A DNA stretch of 64,000 bases from Candidatus Paralactobacillus gallistercoris (GTDB lineage Bacteria; Bacillota; Bacilli; Lactobacillales; Lactobacillaceae), in NCBI GenBank assembly GCA_018883675.1, contig JAHLFS010000063.1:8104-72103 (forward strand), given 5' to 3'. The position numbers and the translations under genes are program-made. The notes beneath the pieces were generated by a model. That model was not told where the DNA came from. It did no database searches and saw only the letters and a program-made list of their open reading frames with translations. Positions 1 to 10,876 of the stretch are shown here, one piece after another (the first letter of the stretch is position 1; each line of letters begins with the position of its first letter).

Positions 1-31
1 ACTTGAACTTATTAAAAAAAGCCATTTTGTG

Positions 32-985
32 CTATTTATCCGGCGAGTGCTGGTCTTTTTTATGTTCAGCCGATTTAGTTGTTGACGTTTGCTTGGCATG
101 ATGTTTTGCATCAGAATGACTGCTAATACTAGATTCTTCTTTAATATTTGATAATGGATATGAAAAAGCACCTACTTCTAAATCAATTACACTTTTAGTT
201 TTTAACTGAGCTGCAATCGCCGGATAATAAATAATTTTATTAGAAATATTACGAATATCACCAATAATTTCATTACCATCATTCATAAAAATAATAATTT
301 GATATGGGTTATCTTTTTGCTTTTGATACTTAATTTCAGAAATGCTATTTTGAATTTTACTTGGAAAAGTGCGATACGCTTTAATCATCATGCGTAAATA
401 TTGATTATCCGGAAAATTATCGAATAAAGGATAATTGCCAACTGGCTTACTAATTAATTGATGAATGATTTTACCATTCATCAAAATCGCATAGTAACCT
501 TTTTTAGTTGTCTGAAAACCAGCTAAAGGATATTCTTTAACTTTAATTGCAATGTTATTAATTCCCTTTAAACTAAGCGTTGCGCGTTCAATACGAGGTA
601 ATTTTTGTTCAATACGGTTAGCAACTTGTTGTTGATTAACTAATGTACTAATAACATTACTTTTATGATTAATATCACTTGCATTAATTACCTGTTGAAC
701 CGTTACGGTTTGTTCACCAGTTACACTAACTAAATTAACCCGACTTAAAGGCGTAATTAGATAAATTAAAAACAAGCTAGCCAAGGCTAGCGTTGTTACA
801 ATAATAATTAAATTAATAAAAATTCGTTGGGTTACGCGTTTTTTAAACTGTGGTAATTTTTGGGTTAGTGTAGTTTTGTATTTAAGATGATGGGGCGGAT
901 TATCATACTGATGATCACGTTGATATTTTTCCCATGGTGTTAAGTTATCATTTTCTGGATCTTGCTTTTTTTTACGTGACCACAT
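32..985 (-). CDS. divIB: Cell division protein DivIB/FtsQ
   Basis: 317-aa ORF with a basic N-terminal tail, a single TM helix (FINLIIIVTTLALASLFLIYLI) and an extracellular POTRA-like region. It lies directly downstream of murG in the dcw cluster. Confidence 0.85.
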   Translation of the reverse strand: MWSRKKKQDPENDNLTPWEKYQRDHQYDNPPHHLKYKTTLTQKLPQFKKRVTQRIFINLIIIVTTLALASLFLIYLITPLSRVNLVSVTGEQTVTVQQVINASDINHKSNVISTLVNQQQVANRIEQKLPRIERATLSLKGINNIAIKVKEYPLAGFQTTKKGYYAILMNGKIIHQLISKPVGNYPLFDNFPDNQYLRMMIKAYRTFPSKIQNSISEIKYQKQKDNPYQIIIFMNDGNEIIGDIRNISNKIIYYPAIAAQLKTKSVIDLEVGAFSYPLSNIKEESSISSHSDAKHHAKQTSTTKSAEHKKDQHSPDK

Positions 986-1000
986 TTCATTATCCTCCTA

Positions 1001-2092
1001 TTAACGAATGAGCGTTTGCATGACAGCAATCATGCGATCAGCAGCATCTGGATAGCCCATTTGTTTAGCAGCTTGTCCCATTTGTTTGCGCATTTGTCCA
1101 TCCTGCATTAATCGATCCGTGTTAGCTAATAAAGTTGCACCAGTTAATTGGTCTTCAGTAATCATCAAAGCAGCATGCTTTTTAACCAAACTATTAGCAT
1201 TTTTCACCTGGTGATTATTAGTTACATATGGACTAGGAATTAAAATTGAAGGAATTCCTAAAGCAGTAATTTCGGCTAAACTAGTTGCACCAGCACGACC
1301 AACGATAGCTGCTAAATCAGGCAAAATCATTGGCATGTCATTAATATAAGGAACAACTTTAACATTATTAGTTAAGTGTACGTCACGTAATTGTTTAGCA
1401 ACGGTTTGAAAATGAACTTGGCCAGTAGCAAATAAGACTTGATAAACACGATTAGTAAATGCCGGAGCTGCTTCAATAAATGCTTGATTAATCCGTTCAG
1501 CACCACGACTACCACCAACAATTAAAATGGTCGGTAACTTAGGATCAAGACCATATTCAAGTAAACGATCATTGGGTTTAATCATCGCAACTTGCTGAGC
1601 ACGAGGATTGCCAGTTAATACTACTTTTTGTTTAGGAAAAGCACTAGCTACCTCGGGAAAAGTAATCGCAATCTTATCAACAAAGTGGGATAAGAATTTA
1701 TTAGTAACGCCAGCTACTGAATTTTGTTCATGAATCATTGTTGGCACATGCAATTTATGGGCAGCGTAAACAATAGCTGCAGACACATAACCGCCAGTTC
1801 CAATGACAATATCAGGCTTAAATTCAGTAACAATTTTTTTAGCTTGATGAATACTTTTTAGAAATAACGTAATTGTTTTTAAATTATCTAATGATAAGGA
1901 ACGTTTAAAACCCTGCAATTCTAAAGTTTTAAACGCAATGTGATGGGCTGGCACAATTCGTGATTCCAAGCCACGTTGGGTACCCACATACAAAATATCA
2001 TCGAGTAAACCTTGTTCACGTAAACGAGAAATTAAGGCTAATGCTGGATAAATATGACCACCAGTACCACCACCAGAAACTATTACTCGCAT
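1001..2092 (-). CDS. murG: UDP-N-acetylglucosamine--N-acetylmuramyl-(pentapeptide) pyrophosphoryl-undecaprenol GlcNAc transferase MurG
   Basis: N-terminus [19 protein letters not shown] is typical of MurG. The 363-aa length and dcw synteny also fit. Confidence 0.95.
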   Translation of the reverse strand: MRVIVSGGGTGGHIYPALALISRLREQGLLDDILYVGTQRGLESRIVPAHHIAFKTLELQGFKRSLSLDNLKTITLFLKSIHQAKKIVTEFKPDIVIGTGGYVSAAIVYAAHKLHVPTMIHEQNSVAGVTNKFLSHFVDKIAITFPEVASAFPKQKVVLTGNPRAQQVAMIKPNDRLLEYGLDPKLPTILIVGGSRGAERINQAFIEAAPAFTNRVYQVLFATGQVHFQTVAKQLRDVHLTNNVKVVPYINDMPMILPDLAAIVGRAGATSLAEITALGIPSILIPSPYVTNNHQVKNANSLVKKHAALMITEDQLTGATLLANTDRLMQDGQMRKQMGQAAKQMGYPDAADRMIAVMQTLIR

Positions 2093-3474
2093 GGTTTTCC
2101 TCCTTGTTTAGCAATTAAGTGATGAACAGCATCAATAAATTCGTCACCGCGTACTTCAAAATGAGAATATTGATCCCAACTAGCACAAGCTGGGGATAAC
2201 AAAATCACATCGCCTGGTGCACTTAATTGGTAAGCAAGCGGGACGGCAGCGCCAGCTCTTTCTGCAAACTTAATGGTTTTTACTCCCGCCTTGCGTGCAG
2301 CAGCGGCAATTTTGTCAGCGGTTTGTCCAAACAAAACAATGGCTTTAACGTGTTCACGTAAACTAGGAATTAAATCATCAAAGCCATTGCCACGATCAAG
2401 ACCACCTGCTAATAAAATAACTGGTTGCTTAAATGAACGCAAAGCTACCTGGGTAGCAGTAATATTAGTTGCCTTTGAATCATTATAAAAACGTCGTTGT
2501 TGATATTCAGCCACGAATTGTACCCGGTGTTTTACGCCCGGAAAAGTGGTCAACACATCAACAATGGCTTGATTATCTTGCCCCATTAACTTAGCAACAG
2601 CAATTGCTGCTAACGCATTTTCAATATTTTGTTCCCCTGGCACTTTAATGGCATCAGCTTTAATAATTGGTTCGCCTTTAAAATACAAGGTACCATTCTT
2701 TAAGTAAGCACCATCTTCATTAAGATCTTGAGCAGAAAACGGGATTACCTGTGCTTGCGTTTGTTTACTTAAATCACGCCATTCAGCTTTATCCCAGTTA
2801 ATAACTAAATAGTCATCTGCTGTTTGATTAGCCGTAATTTTCATTTTAGCGGCAATGTAATGCGCACGATCACCATGATAATCAAGATGCGTAGAATAAA
2901 TATTAGTAATCACCGCAATATGCGGACGTAATTTAGTTGTTCCTTGTAACTGAAAACTTGACAATTCAGTAACCATCACATCATCAGCAGTGGCTTTTTG
3001 AACAACTTTACTTGCTGAAACACCAATGTTACCGTCAGCATAGGCATGCCCGCACTTACGATGATCATTTAACATCAATTCAATCATTGTTGTCGTTGTT
3101 GTTTTTCCATTCGTACCGGTAATACCAATCCATGGTGCTGATGAAGCTTCAAAAGCTACTTCTGGTTCACTAATTACCGGAATATGATTAGCCGCTGCTT
3201 TAACAATCATCGGATTATCATAGCGAATCCCCGGGTCTTTTACCAAATACTGAAAGCCATCATCAAGTAGGGCTGTAGGATGATGACCGGTAATAACCTC
3301 AATACCTAACTTACGCAAAGCAACAATATCTGGATCATCAGCAGCAAATTGTTTCAAATCATTAACAGTAACTTGCGCACCAAGTTGATGTAATAGCTTA
3401 GCAACGTTAACGCCACTTTCACCCAAGCCTAATACTAATACTTTCTTATCTTGATAAGTTGTGATATGCCGCAT
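2083..3474 (-). CDS. murD: UDP-N-acetylmuramoylalanine--D-glutamate ligase MurD
   Basis: Mur ligase P-loop [15 protein letters not shown] and an N-terminal Rossmann motif [10 protein letters not shown]. The gene overlaps the murG start by 10 nt. Confidence 0.95.
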   Translation of the reverse strand: MRHITTYQDKKVLVLGLGESGVNVAKLLHQLGAQVTVNDLKQFAADDPDIVALRKLGIEVITGHHPTALLDDGFQYLVKDPGIRYDNPMIVKAAANHIPVISEPEVAFEASSAPWIGITGTNGKTTTTTMIELMLNDHRKCGHAYADGNIGVSASKVVQKATADDVMVTELSSFQLQGTTKLRPHIAVITNIYSTHLDYHGDRAHYIAAKMKITANQTADDYLVINWDKAEWRDLSKQTQAQVIPFSAQDLNEDGAYLKNGTLYFKGEPIIKADAIKVPGEQNIENALAAIAVAKLMGQDNQAIVDVLTTFPGVKHRVQFVAEYQQRRFYNDSKATNITATQVALRSFKQPVILLAGGLDRGNGFDDLIPSLREHVKAIVLFGQTADKIAAAARKAGVKTIKFAERAGAAVPLAYQLSAPGDVILLSPACASWDQYSHFEVRGDEFIDAVHHLIAKQGGKPCE

Positions 3475-3494
3475 CTCATTCTACCTACCTTACT

Positions 3495-4457
3495 TTATAA
3501 AAATAGCCATAAATAAATTGCTGAACATAATAAGCCCACGGCCCAAAATGTAATGTCAATCCGCCATTCAGACCAACCTAACATTTCAAAATGATGGTGA
3601 ATTGGACTCATCTTAAACAAGCGTTTTCCGGTTGCCCGAAAATAACTTACTTGCAAAATAACACTTGCTGTTTCGACAACATAAACAAAGCCAATTAACA
3701 AAAGTGAAAATTCACGATGTAATAGTAACGATAATGCTGCCAAGGTACCACCTAATGCTAATGAACCAACATCACCCATAAAAATCTTAGCTGGTTTATG
3801 ATTAAAAATTAAAAAGCCAGCTAATGCTCCGATAATGGCCAAACAAATAATTAATAAATCATACTGCTTTTGATGATAACTAATAATGGCATAAGTAGCA
3901 TACGAAATAATACCTAAGCCAGCCACTAAACCATCTAAGCCATCGGTCAAATTAACGGCATTGGAAAAACCAATTAGCCAAAAGAGTGCAAAAGCAATAT
4001 AAATAATGCTGGAATTAATACTAAATGGTCCAATATTAAGAATATGGTCGCCACCTTCATGGAAATAAACCATTAAAAAGATAATTCCGCCAATTAATTG
4101 ACCTAATAATTTTTGCCAAGCTTTTAAACCTAAATTTTGTTTGTGTGATACTTTAATAAAATCATCTAAAAAACCTAATAAGCCATATAAAACCGTGATA
4201 AAAATGGTAATTAAGAGATTAGCAGTAATTTGATGAATACTAAAACCTACTAGTAAACTAACCAGCACTGCTGCAATTAAGAAAACAATTCCTCCCATAG
4301 TCGGGGTGCCATTTTTTTTAGCATGCCATTTAGGCCCTTCACCACGAATTGTTTGTCCTTCTTTATGCATACGGAAATAACCGATACAAAGTGGCATAAC
4401 AATAACTGTTAACGCAAAACTTATTACTAATGTAATTAACATTTGTGTCAATTGCAT
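3495..4457 (-). CDS. mraY: Phospho-N-acetylmuramoyl-pentapeptide transferase MraY
   Basis: Polytopic membrane protein carrying the MraY motifs NLTDGLDGL and PIHHHFE. Confidence 0.95.
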   Translation of the reverse strand: MQLTQMLITLVISFALTVIVMPLCIGYFRMHKEGQTIRGEGPKWHAKKNGTPTMGGIVFLIAAVLVSLLVGFSIHQITANLLITIFITVLYGLLGFLDDFIKVSHKQNLGLKAWQKLLGQLIGGIIFLMVYFHEGGDHILNIGPFSINSSIIYIAFALFWLIGFSNAVNLTDGLDGLVAGLGIISYATYAIISYHQKQYDLLIICLAIIGALAGFLIFNHKPAKIFMGDVGSLALGGTLAALSLLLHREFSLLLIGFVYVVETASVILQVSYFRATGKRLFKMSPIHHHFEMLGWSEWRIDITFWAVGLLCSAIYLWLFL

Positions 4458-4482
4458 AATTAATGTTCTCCTTTAATTAATT

Positions 4483-6666
4483 TTAATCAGGTTGTTTCAA
4501 AGTAATCGTGATTTGATCAGCTGATTTCATCAAAGCACCTGGTTTTAAACTTTGCGAAACAACATAACCATCACCGTTAATTTTAATTGGCGCACCGGTA
4601 ATTTCACTTAACTTCATAACATCATCTTTGGACCATCCTTTAGTATCAGGCATAGTCATTGCGCCATTAGTTAATAATAATACACGTTGTTGTTTAAGTA
4701 ATGATTCACCAGCTAGTGGCAGTTGCTGTACAATCGTATTCCCAGTGCCAATCGTACTTACCGTTAATCCTTTCTTAGTAAGAAGCTTTTCAGCATCACT
4801 AGTTGATTTATTAACAACTGACGGCATCGTTACTTCACTAACTTGTTTGTTACTATTATTAGTAGCTGTTAATAAATGCTGCATTAACGGATTAAAAATT
4901 AATGCTAATGTTTTCGTAGCCGAAGTATCATTGTCGTAAAAGTTTTGTGGTTGTTTCATGGTAATGTAAACCATATAACGCGGATTATTAGCCGGCGCAA
5001 TACCCATTACTGAGAAAAGATAATTTTTATCGCCAGTTAAGTAGCCGCCCCCATTAGGATTGGCAATCTGCGCTGTTCCCGTTTTAACTGCTACTTGTTG
5101 ACCCGGAATTTTATATGCACGTCCTGTGCCATAAGAATCATTAACAACTTCTTGCATGGCACTGCGAACTTGTTTAGCCGTATCCGGTGTAATCGGATGC
5201 CCAACTACTTTTGGTTTATAAAATGTTGTTTTACCAGTATTAGGATTAACAATCTTGCTAACAATTTGGGGCTGCATCATTGTACCATTATTAGCAACCG
5301 CACTAACTGCTTGTAACATTTGAACCATTGTAACATTAACCCCTTGTCCAAACGAAGTTACTGCTTGGTCAACTGGGCGTTTAAACTGAATACTGCCTGC
5401 TTCTTCACCCGGTAATTGAATACCTGTTTTTTTACCCAAACCAAACTTACGCATGTAATGGAACCAAGTTTGCGCACCCATGTCTTGTTCAATCCGAATC
5501 ATCCCGACATTACTTGAACGTGGAAAGGCTTGTTTTAATGGAATCACACCCCAACCACTTGTTTGCCAGTCTTTAATGACACTATCGCCAACGCGAATTG
5601 AACCAGAATCATATAACTCATTAGGATTATAATGACCCGTATTAATGGCAGCTGATAATGTTAAAATTTTCATAACTGAACCGGGTTCATAAGTATCAGC
5701 TACTAAAGCATCACGCCACATTTTATCTAAACCTTTACGCGTCATCGGATTAAATGACGGTCGTTGGGTAACGGCTAGAATTTGACCAGTTTTTGCATCC
5801 ATAACAACGGCATTTAATTCTTTAGGATCAGCTATTTTCTGAACCTTACTTGTCAAAGTTTCAAGATATGTTTCTAATTGTGAATCAAGGGTCAAATAAA
5901 CATTATCCCCATTTTGTGCTTTAGTTTTTACCACTGAACCATTCAAATTATACCCAAAATTATCGCGTTTACTTTCAACATGACCGTTTTTCCCTGTTAA
6001 TTGCTTATTGAAATATTTTTCAATTCCCATAATGCCAACTAATTTATTATTAGGATCGTTTTCATTATTATTAGCTGGTTGGGCCAAGCCTACTTCATGT
6101 GAAGCAAAGACACCATTTGGATATAATCGTGATGGTGTTTGGTTAAAGTAAATACCTTTTAATTTAGCTTTTTCAATATTATCTTTTTGAGCTAATGATA
6201 GGTTCCGCCCTGCACTACCAAATTCAACTTGGTAAGCATTTTCTTTTGGATTTAAATATTTTAATACTTTTGAACGAGAAATTTTTAAATTCTTAGATAG
6301 CACATCAGCTACTTTATCTTTATCAGTAACATATAAAGGTTTTCCTTTAGCATCAACGAAAGTTTTATTCAAAACCGCATAAACTGTATATGAATGTGCA
6401 TCTTCAGCGATTACATTTCCCGTAGCGTCATAAATATTACCGCGTTGGGCCGGAATAACACTAGTTTTTAAATATTTATCAGCCGCAATTGCTTTTAAAT
6501 TGACGTTTTTAACATGGCCATTGATGGCTATATAAGAAAAACGACAAACAAATAATAAAAAGACTAAAGCAATAATTGCTAAAAAGGCGGCACCAAACAC
6601 CCGCCGATTATGCCGTGATTTGGTCTTTTTACTATCTGTTAATCGTTTTTTAAAATTGACTTTCAT
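4483..6666 (-). CDS. pbp2B: Class B penicillin-binding protein (PBP2B/FtsI-type transpeptidase) with two C-terminal PASTA repeats
   Basis: Carries SxxK (GSVMK), SxN (RSSN) and KTG (VKTGT) motifs and an N-terminal TM anchor. Sits in the dcw position between ftsL and mraY. Confidence 0.9.
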   Translation of the reverse strand: MKVNFKKRLTDSKKTKSRHNRRVFGAAFLAIIALVFLLFVCRFSYIAINGHVKNVNLKAIAADKYLKTSVIPAQRGNIYDATGNVIAEDAHSYTVYAVLNKTFVDAKGKPLYVTDKDKVADVLSKNLKISRSKVLKYLNPKENAYQVEFGSAGRNLSLAQKDNIEKAKLKGIYFNQTPSRLYPNGVFASHEVGLAQPANNNENDPNNKLVGIMGIEKYFNKQLTGKNGHVESKRDNFGYNLNGSVVKTKAQNGDNVYLTLDSQLETYLETLTSKVQKIADPKELNAVVMDAKTGQILAVTQRPSFNPMTRKGLDKMWRDALVADTYEPGSVMKILTLSAAINTGHYNPNELYDSGSIRVGDSVIKDWQTSGWGVIPLKQAFPRSSNVGMIRIEQDMGAQTWFHYMRKFGLGKKTGIQLPGEEAGSIQFKRPVDQAVTSFGQGVNVTMVQMLQAVSAVANNGTMMQPQIVSKIVNPNTGKTTFYKPKVVGHPITPDTAKQVRSAMQEVVNDSYGTGRAYKIPGQQVAVKTGTAQIANPNGGGYLTGDKNYLFSVMGIAPANNPRYMVYITMKQPQNFYDNDTSATKTLALIFNPLMQHLLTATNNSNKQVSEVTMPSVVNKSTSDAEKLLTKKGLTVSTIGTGNTIVQQLPLAGESLLKQQRVLLLTNGAMTMPDTKGWSKDDVMKLSEITGAPIKINGDGYVVSQSLKPGALMKSADQITITLKQPD

Positions 6667-6667
6667 G

Positions 6668-7027
6668 CTAGCGAACAGTCCTTATTTTATTTTCATGAAA
6701 AGTTAAATTATCTTTCTTAGCAAGAGATGATAAGCGACTAGCTTTAGTTAACTCACCAATTGTTTGTTTAGCATCAATATTTTTATTAGTTAAAATAGTT
6801 GTTTCTCTTTGTAGATTTTGAACCGTATGTTCATTATTAGTTAAAGTAATTTGGGCATTCAAAAGTAAAATGCTCAACCCAACGGCCAAAACCGTTACTA
6901 ATGAAACCAACATTTTTTCAAACATGCTAAACGCAACATGGGCTTTAACAATAATCTGAGGTTGTTTCTTATTATGATGCGATAGATGGGTATTAACATC
7001 TATTTTGCGCGCTGTATTATCCGCCAT
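6668..7027 (-). CDS. ftsL: Cell division protein FtsL
   Basis: 119-aa bitopic protein with one TM helix and a coiled-coil-like C-terminus. It occupies the canonical slot between rsmH and pbp2B. Confidence 0.7.
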   Translation of the reverse strand: MADNTARKIDVNTHLSHHNKKQPQIIVKAHVAFSMFEKMLVSLVTVLAVGLSILLLNAQITLTNNEHTVQNLQRETTILTNKNIDAKQTIGELTKASRLSSLAKKDNLTFHENKIRTVR

Positions 7028-7041
7028 TCCTTATCATCCTT

Positions 7042-7989
7042 TTAATTTTTTTGCGCAACACGAAGCTTAGCACTATGCGATCGGCGGTTACGCAATAATT
7101 CTTCTTTACTAGGCAAAATAGGTTTATGCGTTATTAACTTTAAGAGCGGTTGGGCATCATCGGGTAAAATTGGCAAGCCCCGTGGAATGTCCTTTAAACG
7201 TGAATTACTCTTTAAAATACTTTGTACTAAGCGATCTTCCTTAGGTTGAAAAGTAATCGCTGCTAAACGCCCACCATGTTTTAATAAGGCTATTGCCTGT
7301 GTTAATGAATCTTCTAGTGCACCTAGCTCATCATTAACGGCAATGCGGATGGCTTGAAAAGTTCGTTTAGCCGGATGACCACCAGTGCGACGAGCAGCCG
7401 CTGGAATTGCACTTTTAACTAATTCAGCTAGCTGGGTTGTCGTTGTAATCGGAGCAATAGCACGTTCATGTTCAATTTTACGAGCAATTTGTTTAGCAAA
7501 GCGTTCATCACTATAGCGGGTTAGAATGCGGACGAGATCTTGATATGACCATTCATTAACAACTTGATAAGCATCTAATTGTTGTTGCTGGTTCATTCGC
7601 ATATCTAAAGGTGCTTCCAATTTATAACTGAAACCACGTTGCGCATCATCAAATTGTGGTGATGACACACCCAAATCATAGACAATGCCATCAATGCTAG
7701 TAACGTGATATTTAGCCAATGCTGTACGTAAATTGCGAAAATTATCAGCAATAATTGTTAGTTTACCAGCGGCAATTTGCTTAGCAAAACGTTCACTGTT
7801 ATATTCAATAGCTGTTTCATCCTGATCAAAAGAATATAAATGACCTTTTTGTAAACGATTAAGAATGGCATTAGTGTGCCCGCCACCGCCTAAAGTAGCG
7901 TCAACATAAATACCATTTGGATCAATTTGCAATTCATCAACAGCTTCATTTAACAAAACAGTTATATGCTGAAATTCGATGATAATCAC
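7042..7989 (-). CDS. rsmH: 16S rRNA (cytosine1402-N4)-methyltransferase RsmH (MraW)
   Basis: Motifs [10 protein letters not shown] and [10 protein letters not shown]. The GTG start at 7989 sits only 1 nt from an AAGAAGG Shine-Dalgarno sequence, so the exact start is uncertain. Confidence 0.93.
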   Translation of the reverse strand: MIIIEFQHITVLLNEAVDELQIDPNGIYVDATLGGGGHTNAILNRLQKGHLYSFDQDETAIEYNSERFAKQIAAGKLTIIADNFRNLRTALAKYHVTSIDGIVYDLGVSSPQFDDAQRGFSYKLEAPLDMRMNQQQQLDAYQVVNEWSYQDLVRILTRYSDERFAKQIARKIEHERAIAPITTTTQLAELVKSAIPAAARRTGGHPAKRTFQAIRIAVNDELGALEDSLTQAIALLKHGGRLAAITFQPKEDRLVQSILKSNSRLKDIPRGLPILPDDAQPLLKLITHKPILPSKEELLRNRRSHSAKLRVAQKN

Positions 7990-8091
7990 GCCTTCTTAAA
8001 ATTTTATATATAAAGCCTACAATTCCACATGTTTTAGTTTATCACATCAGAATTATGACTACCATAGATTTTAAAATTAATAATTATTAAA

Positions 8092-8167
8092 AAAATCCTA
8101 ACAATTATTGTTAATTATTCTAAAATAATATTGTTTTTAGAGTAAATAAAATAATTGTCAGGATTTT
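8092..8167 (-). terminator. Compound intrinsic terminator after the 8169-8594 ORF, insulating it from rsmH
   Basis: 17-nt inverted repeat AAAATCCTAACAATTAT (8092-8108) and ATAATTGTCAGGATTTT (8151-8167) with 1 mismatch. It encloses an inner hairpin TCTAAAA/TTTTAGA (8119-8141). A T-run follows on the minus strand (A-run 8086-8095 on plus). Confidence 0.6.
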
Positions 8168-8168
8168 C

Positions 8169-8594
8169 CTATTTAATGAATAATTTAGTAATCCGTAAAA
8201 TAAAACAAATTAAGTAACTAAACGCCGCAAAAAATACTAATAAGCGCCACATTAAGACAATAAATGGTTTTAATAATAAATCGTTATTCTTGAAAACCGC
8301 ACGAAAAGCTAAATAAATCCCTGTTAAACAGTATAGTAGTAAAATTATTGGAATAATTGGTAAAGTAAACCCAGCATGATTAAACGCCGTTGCTCCTAAC
8401 AGTAAAAAAATTGAAATAACACACGCAATATTAGTACGCCAGGAATTCTTCTTAATAAAATGCTTAATAAATTTAATAATAAATACACCTATAATCGGTA
8501 ATATAAAACCTAAAAAAATATTATTATGAAATAACACTACTATACTCCGTTTCATCAAAAACAAAATTGAATTTTTAAAAATTAAATTGTACAC
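8169..8594 (-). CDS. Hypothetical ~4-TM membrane protein, very AT-rich, in the position normally held by mraZ
   Basis: 141-codon open frame in an AT-rich, stop-rich background, with hydrophobic helices. The GTG start has no clear SD and I see no recognisable family. Confidence 0.5.
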   Translation of the reverse strand: MYNLIFKNSILFLMKRSIVVLFHNNIFLGFILPIIGVFIIKFIKHFIKKNSWRTNIACVISIFLLLGATAFNHAGFTLPIIPIILLLYCLTGIYLAFRAVFKNNDLLLKPFIVLMWRLLVFFAAFSYLICFILRITKLFIK

Positions 8595-8633
8595 TAACTT
8601 AAGGACACAGATTTGACATGGGGTGAATTAAGC

Positions 8634-8759
8634 GTGCAGCATAAACAAAAGAAGCAAACTAGCACTTTTGCTAAAGTTACCAAAGTTGTTGTAATCGTAA
8701 TGCTGGTATTTACAATTTTAAGTGTCATTATGGCAGCATTACCAGCTTTTATTAATTAA
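8634..8759 (+). CDS. Small single-TM protein (41 aa, VQHKQKKQTSTFAKVTKVVVIVMLVFTILSVIMAALPAFIN), DUF4044-like
   Basis: Not in the supplied ORF track because it is under 60 aa. It has a GTG start 8 nt after GGGGTGA, a basic N-terminus plus one TM helix, and is followed by terminator 8779-8812. A possible promoter is TTGAAT-17-TACACT at about 8566-8594. The family call is from memory of similar small genes next to dcw clusters in lactobacilli. Confidence 0.45.
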   Translation: MQHKQKKQTSTFAKVTKVVVIVMLVFTILSVIMAALPAFIN

Positions 8760-8778
8760 TCAAATGATAAAAACAAAT

Positions 8779-8812
8779 AAACTCCTTGCTGATTGGCAAA
8801 GGAGTTTTTTAT
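8779..8812. terminator. Bidirectional intrinsic terminator between the small plus-strand ORF and minD
   Basis: Hairpin AACTCCTTGC-tgattg-GCAAAGGAGTT flanked by an A-run and a T-run. Confidence 0.7.
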
Positions 8813-8816
8813 TTTA

Positions 8817-9644
8817 TTAATTACGTTTTTTATGATGATGGAATAATCTTTGCCAGAAACTTTCCTTCTTTTCTTCCATACTCATTAAAGGCACGCTTTC
8901 GCCAAGCATTCGCCGAACAATATTACGATAACCTTGACTTGCACGATCATTAGGATCCATAACTACTGGTTCCCCCTTATTAGATGTAGCAATCACAGCA
9001 TCATCATCAAAAACAATACCTAATAGTGAAATTGATAAATGACGGGTAATATCATCAACATCCATCATCTCACCATCATTCATCATATGCCGGCGAATAC
9101 GGTTAATAATTAACTGCGGTGCTAATGCCATCTTTTCTTGTTCCAATAAACCAATTACCCGGTCAGCATCACTAACGGCAGAAATTTCCGGGGTGGTTAC
9201 CACGATAGCACCATCCGCACCCGCAACGGCATTCCGAAAGCCTTGTTCAATTCCAGCTGGACAATCTAATAAAACAAAATCAAATTCTGTTTTCAAATCG
9301 TCAACAATAGCCTTAACTTCTTCAGGACGTAAATCATCCTTATCAGCATTTTGAGCAGCTGGTAATAAGTATAATTTATCATCAAAACGCTTATCACGTA
9401 CTAATGCTTGATGAAGTTTAGCACGGCCAGCTGCAACATCGACAATATCATAAATAATGCGATTATCTAAGCCTAAAACAACGTCTAAATTGCGTAAGCC
9501 AATATCTAAATCAACTAAGCAAACCCGTTTACCACGTAATGCCAAACCAGTGCCAATATTAGCAGTAGTTGTTGTTTTACCAACTCCACCTTTACCAGAT
9601 GTAATCACAATAGCTGTGCCATTGCCTTGCATTTCTTCACTCAT
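8817..9644 (-). CDS. minD: Septum site-determining ATPase MinD
   Basis: Deviant Walker A motif SGKGGVGKTT and a C-terminal amphipathic tail. It directly abuts minC. Confidence 0.95.
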   Translation of the reverse strand: MSEEMQGNGTAIVITSGKGGVGKTTTTANIGTGLALRGKRVCLVDLDIGLRNLDVVLGLDNRIIYDIVDVAAGRAKLHQALVRDKRFDDKLYLLPAAQNADKDDLRPEEVKAIVDDLKTEFDFVLLDCPAGIEQGFRNAVAGADGAIVVTTPEISAVSDADRVIGLLEQEKMALAPQLIINRIRRHMMNDGEMMDVDDITRHLSISLLGIVFDDDAVIATSNKGEPVVMDPNDRASQGYRNIVRRMLGESVPLMSMEEKKESFWQRLFHHHKKRN

Positions 9645-10319
9645 TTATCGCGCCTCCAAGTGTCGTAGTAATTTTGGCTTTTGTTCAGCTAATTTGGATA
9701 ATGTGCTGTAATTAATCATATGTAAATCATTAACGTATGCCATTGAAGTTGCAGTAATTTGATCAGCATAAGCATCACTAACTTCAAGCGTATCGCCAAG
9801 ACGAATTTGGTTCGCTGCCGCAAAATCCCCAACAATAATTTGGGTACTATCATTAGGATAACCAGCGTGAATAATTCCCGCAGTTACACTACCACTATAA
9901 ATAAAAATACTACCAGTAGCTCGCAAAGTGCCACCACAGTGCAGTGTGCCAATAAATAAAACATCACCATCGATTTCAACTACTTGTCCAGAACGAATTA
10001 CATTAGTAACAAGACGCATACCGCCTTGCCACTTTGGTTCAGTAGTAGCAACTGGTACAGGAATAACATCAGCAGTAATCGTACTTAAAACAAAATGTGA
10101 ATAATCATTAATAATGGTTGTTACTTGTTGCTGTTGTTCAGCAGTTAAAAGACGATGTCCCGTACTAACAGTTAATGCCAATTTTTGCTGTGATGATTCA
10201 TCTTGATTTAAACGCTGTAATAATGCTTTTAAATCGATAATAATTTCATCAAATGCACTGGTATCTTTAAGAATAATTTCATACCCATCTTTACGGCCTT
10301 TTAAAACTACATTATCCAT
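9645..10319 (-). CDS. minC: Septum site-determining protein MinC
   Basis: 224 aa with a C-terminal beta-helix-like G-rich region (GTLHCGGTLRATGSIFIYSGSV). Lies between mreD and minD. Confidence 0.85.
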   Translation of the reverse strand: MDNVVLKGRKDGYEIILKDTSAFDEIIIDLKALLQRLNQDESSQQKLALTVSTGHRLLTAEQQQQVTTIINDYSHFVLSTITADVIPVPVATTEPKWQGGMRLVTNVIRSGQVVEIDGDVLFIGTLHCGGTLRATGSIFIYSGSVTAGIIHAGYPNDSTQIIVGDFAAANQIRLGDTLEVSDAYADQITATSMAYVNDLHMINYSTLSKLAEQKPKLLRHLEAR

Positions 10320-10338
10320 TTATAAAGCTCTTTTCCAA

Positions 10339-10854
10339 TTATTCTGTCTTTAATTTTAACAATAAACGTGACAAAGGAAAATATAAAATAATAAACAATA
10401 CTACGTTCAAAGCAATTGTTGGTCCTAGTGTGGTTGCCACAAAATCGGTAAAATCAACCCGCGTCATGCCAATAAAAGCATTAATATAATAAACCCCGGT
10501 TTCAACAAAAGCCAAACTTAGAACATAGACCAGTCCAATAAATAATGGCGTATGCGGAATATCATCAGCAAAATAACGAAGTACATAAGCTAACAAGCCT
10601 AATAAAAAAGCGTGAATGCCTAAAATACCAGTAAAGAAACTATCATAAATTAAACCAACAATAGCAGCAATTAACACAATGTAACGTTCATTAGGAATAA
10701 AGAAAATGGTCAAAACTAAGCCCATCAACATAATCCGACAAATTAAACTCATCGTATTAGTATAAAAATATTTTTGAAAAACATAACTAAAACTGCCATC
10801 AAAAATACCTAAAATAAGTAAAAACAAGGCAATTAACAGATGCTGCCGAATCAT
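10339..10854 (-). CDS. mreD: Rod shape-determining protein MreD
   Basis: Polytopic membrane protein downstream of mreC. The track ORF extends to 10926 and overlaps mreC, so I prefer internal Met25 (MIRQHLL...). The start remains uncertain. Confidence 0.7.
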   Translation of the reverse strand: MIRQHLLIALFLLILGIFDGSFSYVFQKYFYTNTMSLICRIMLMGLVLTIFFIPNERYIVLIAAIVGLIYDSFFTGILGIHAFLLGLLAYVLRYFADDIPHTPLFIGLVYVLSLAFVETGVYYINAFIGMTRVDFTDFVATTLGPTIALNVVLFIILYFPLSRLLLKLKTE

Positions 10855-10876
10855 TTTAAAATGTTTTGTATTCAAT

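Noticed and set aside
1-25. ATG at 25 on the minus strand (MAFFNKFK...) just downstream of divIB; ftsA is expected here by synteny.
   Set aside because: Only 8 codons are visible, there is no SD, and the N-terminus does not resemble FtsA (MDNSGIYVGLDIGT-like). It cannot be supported from this window.
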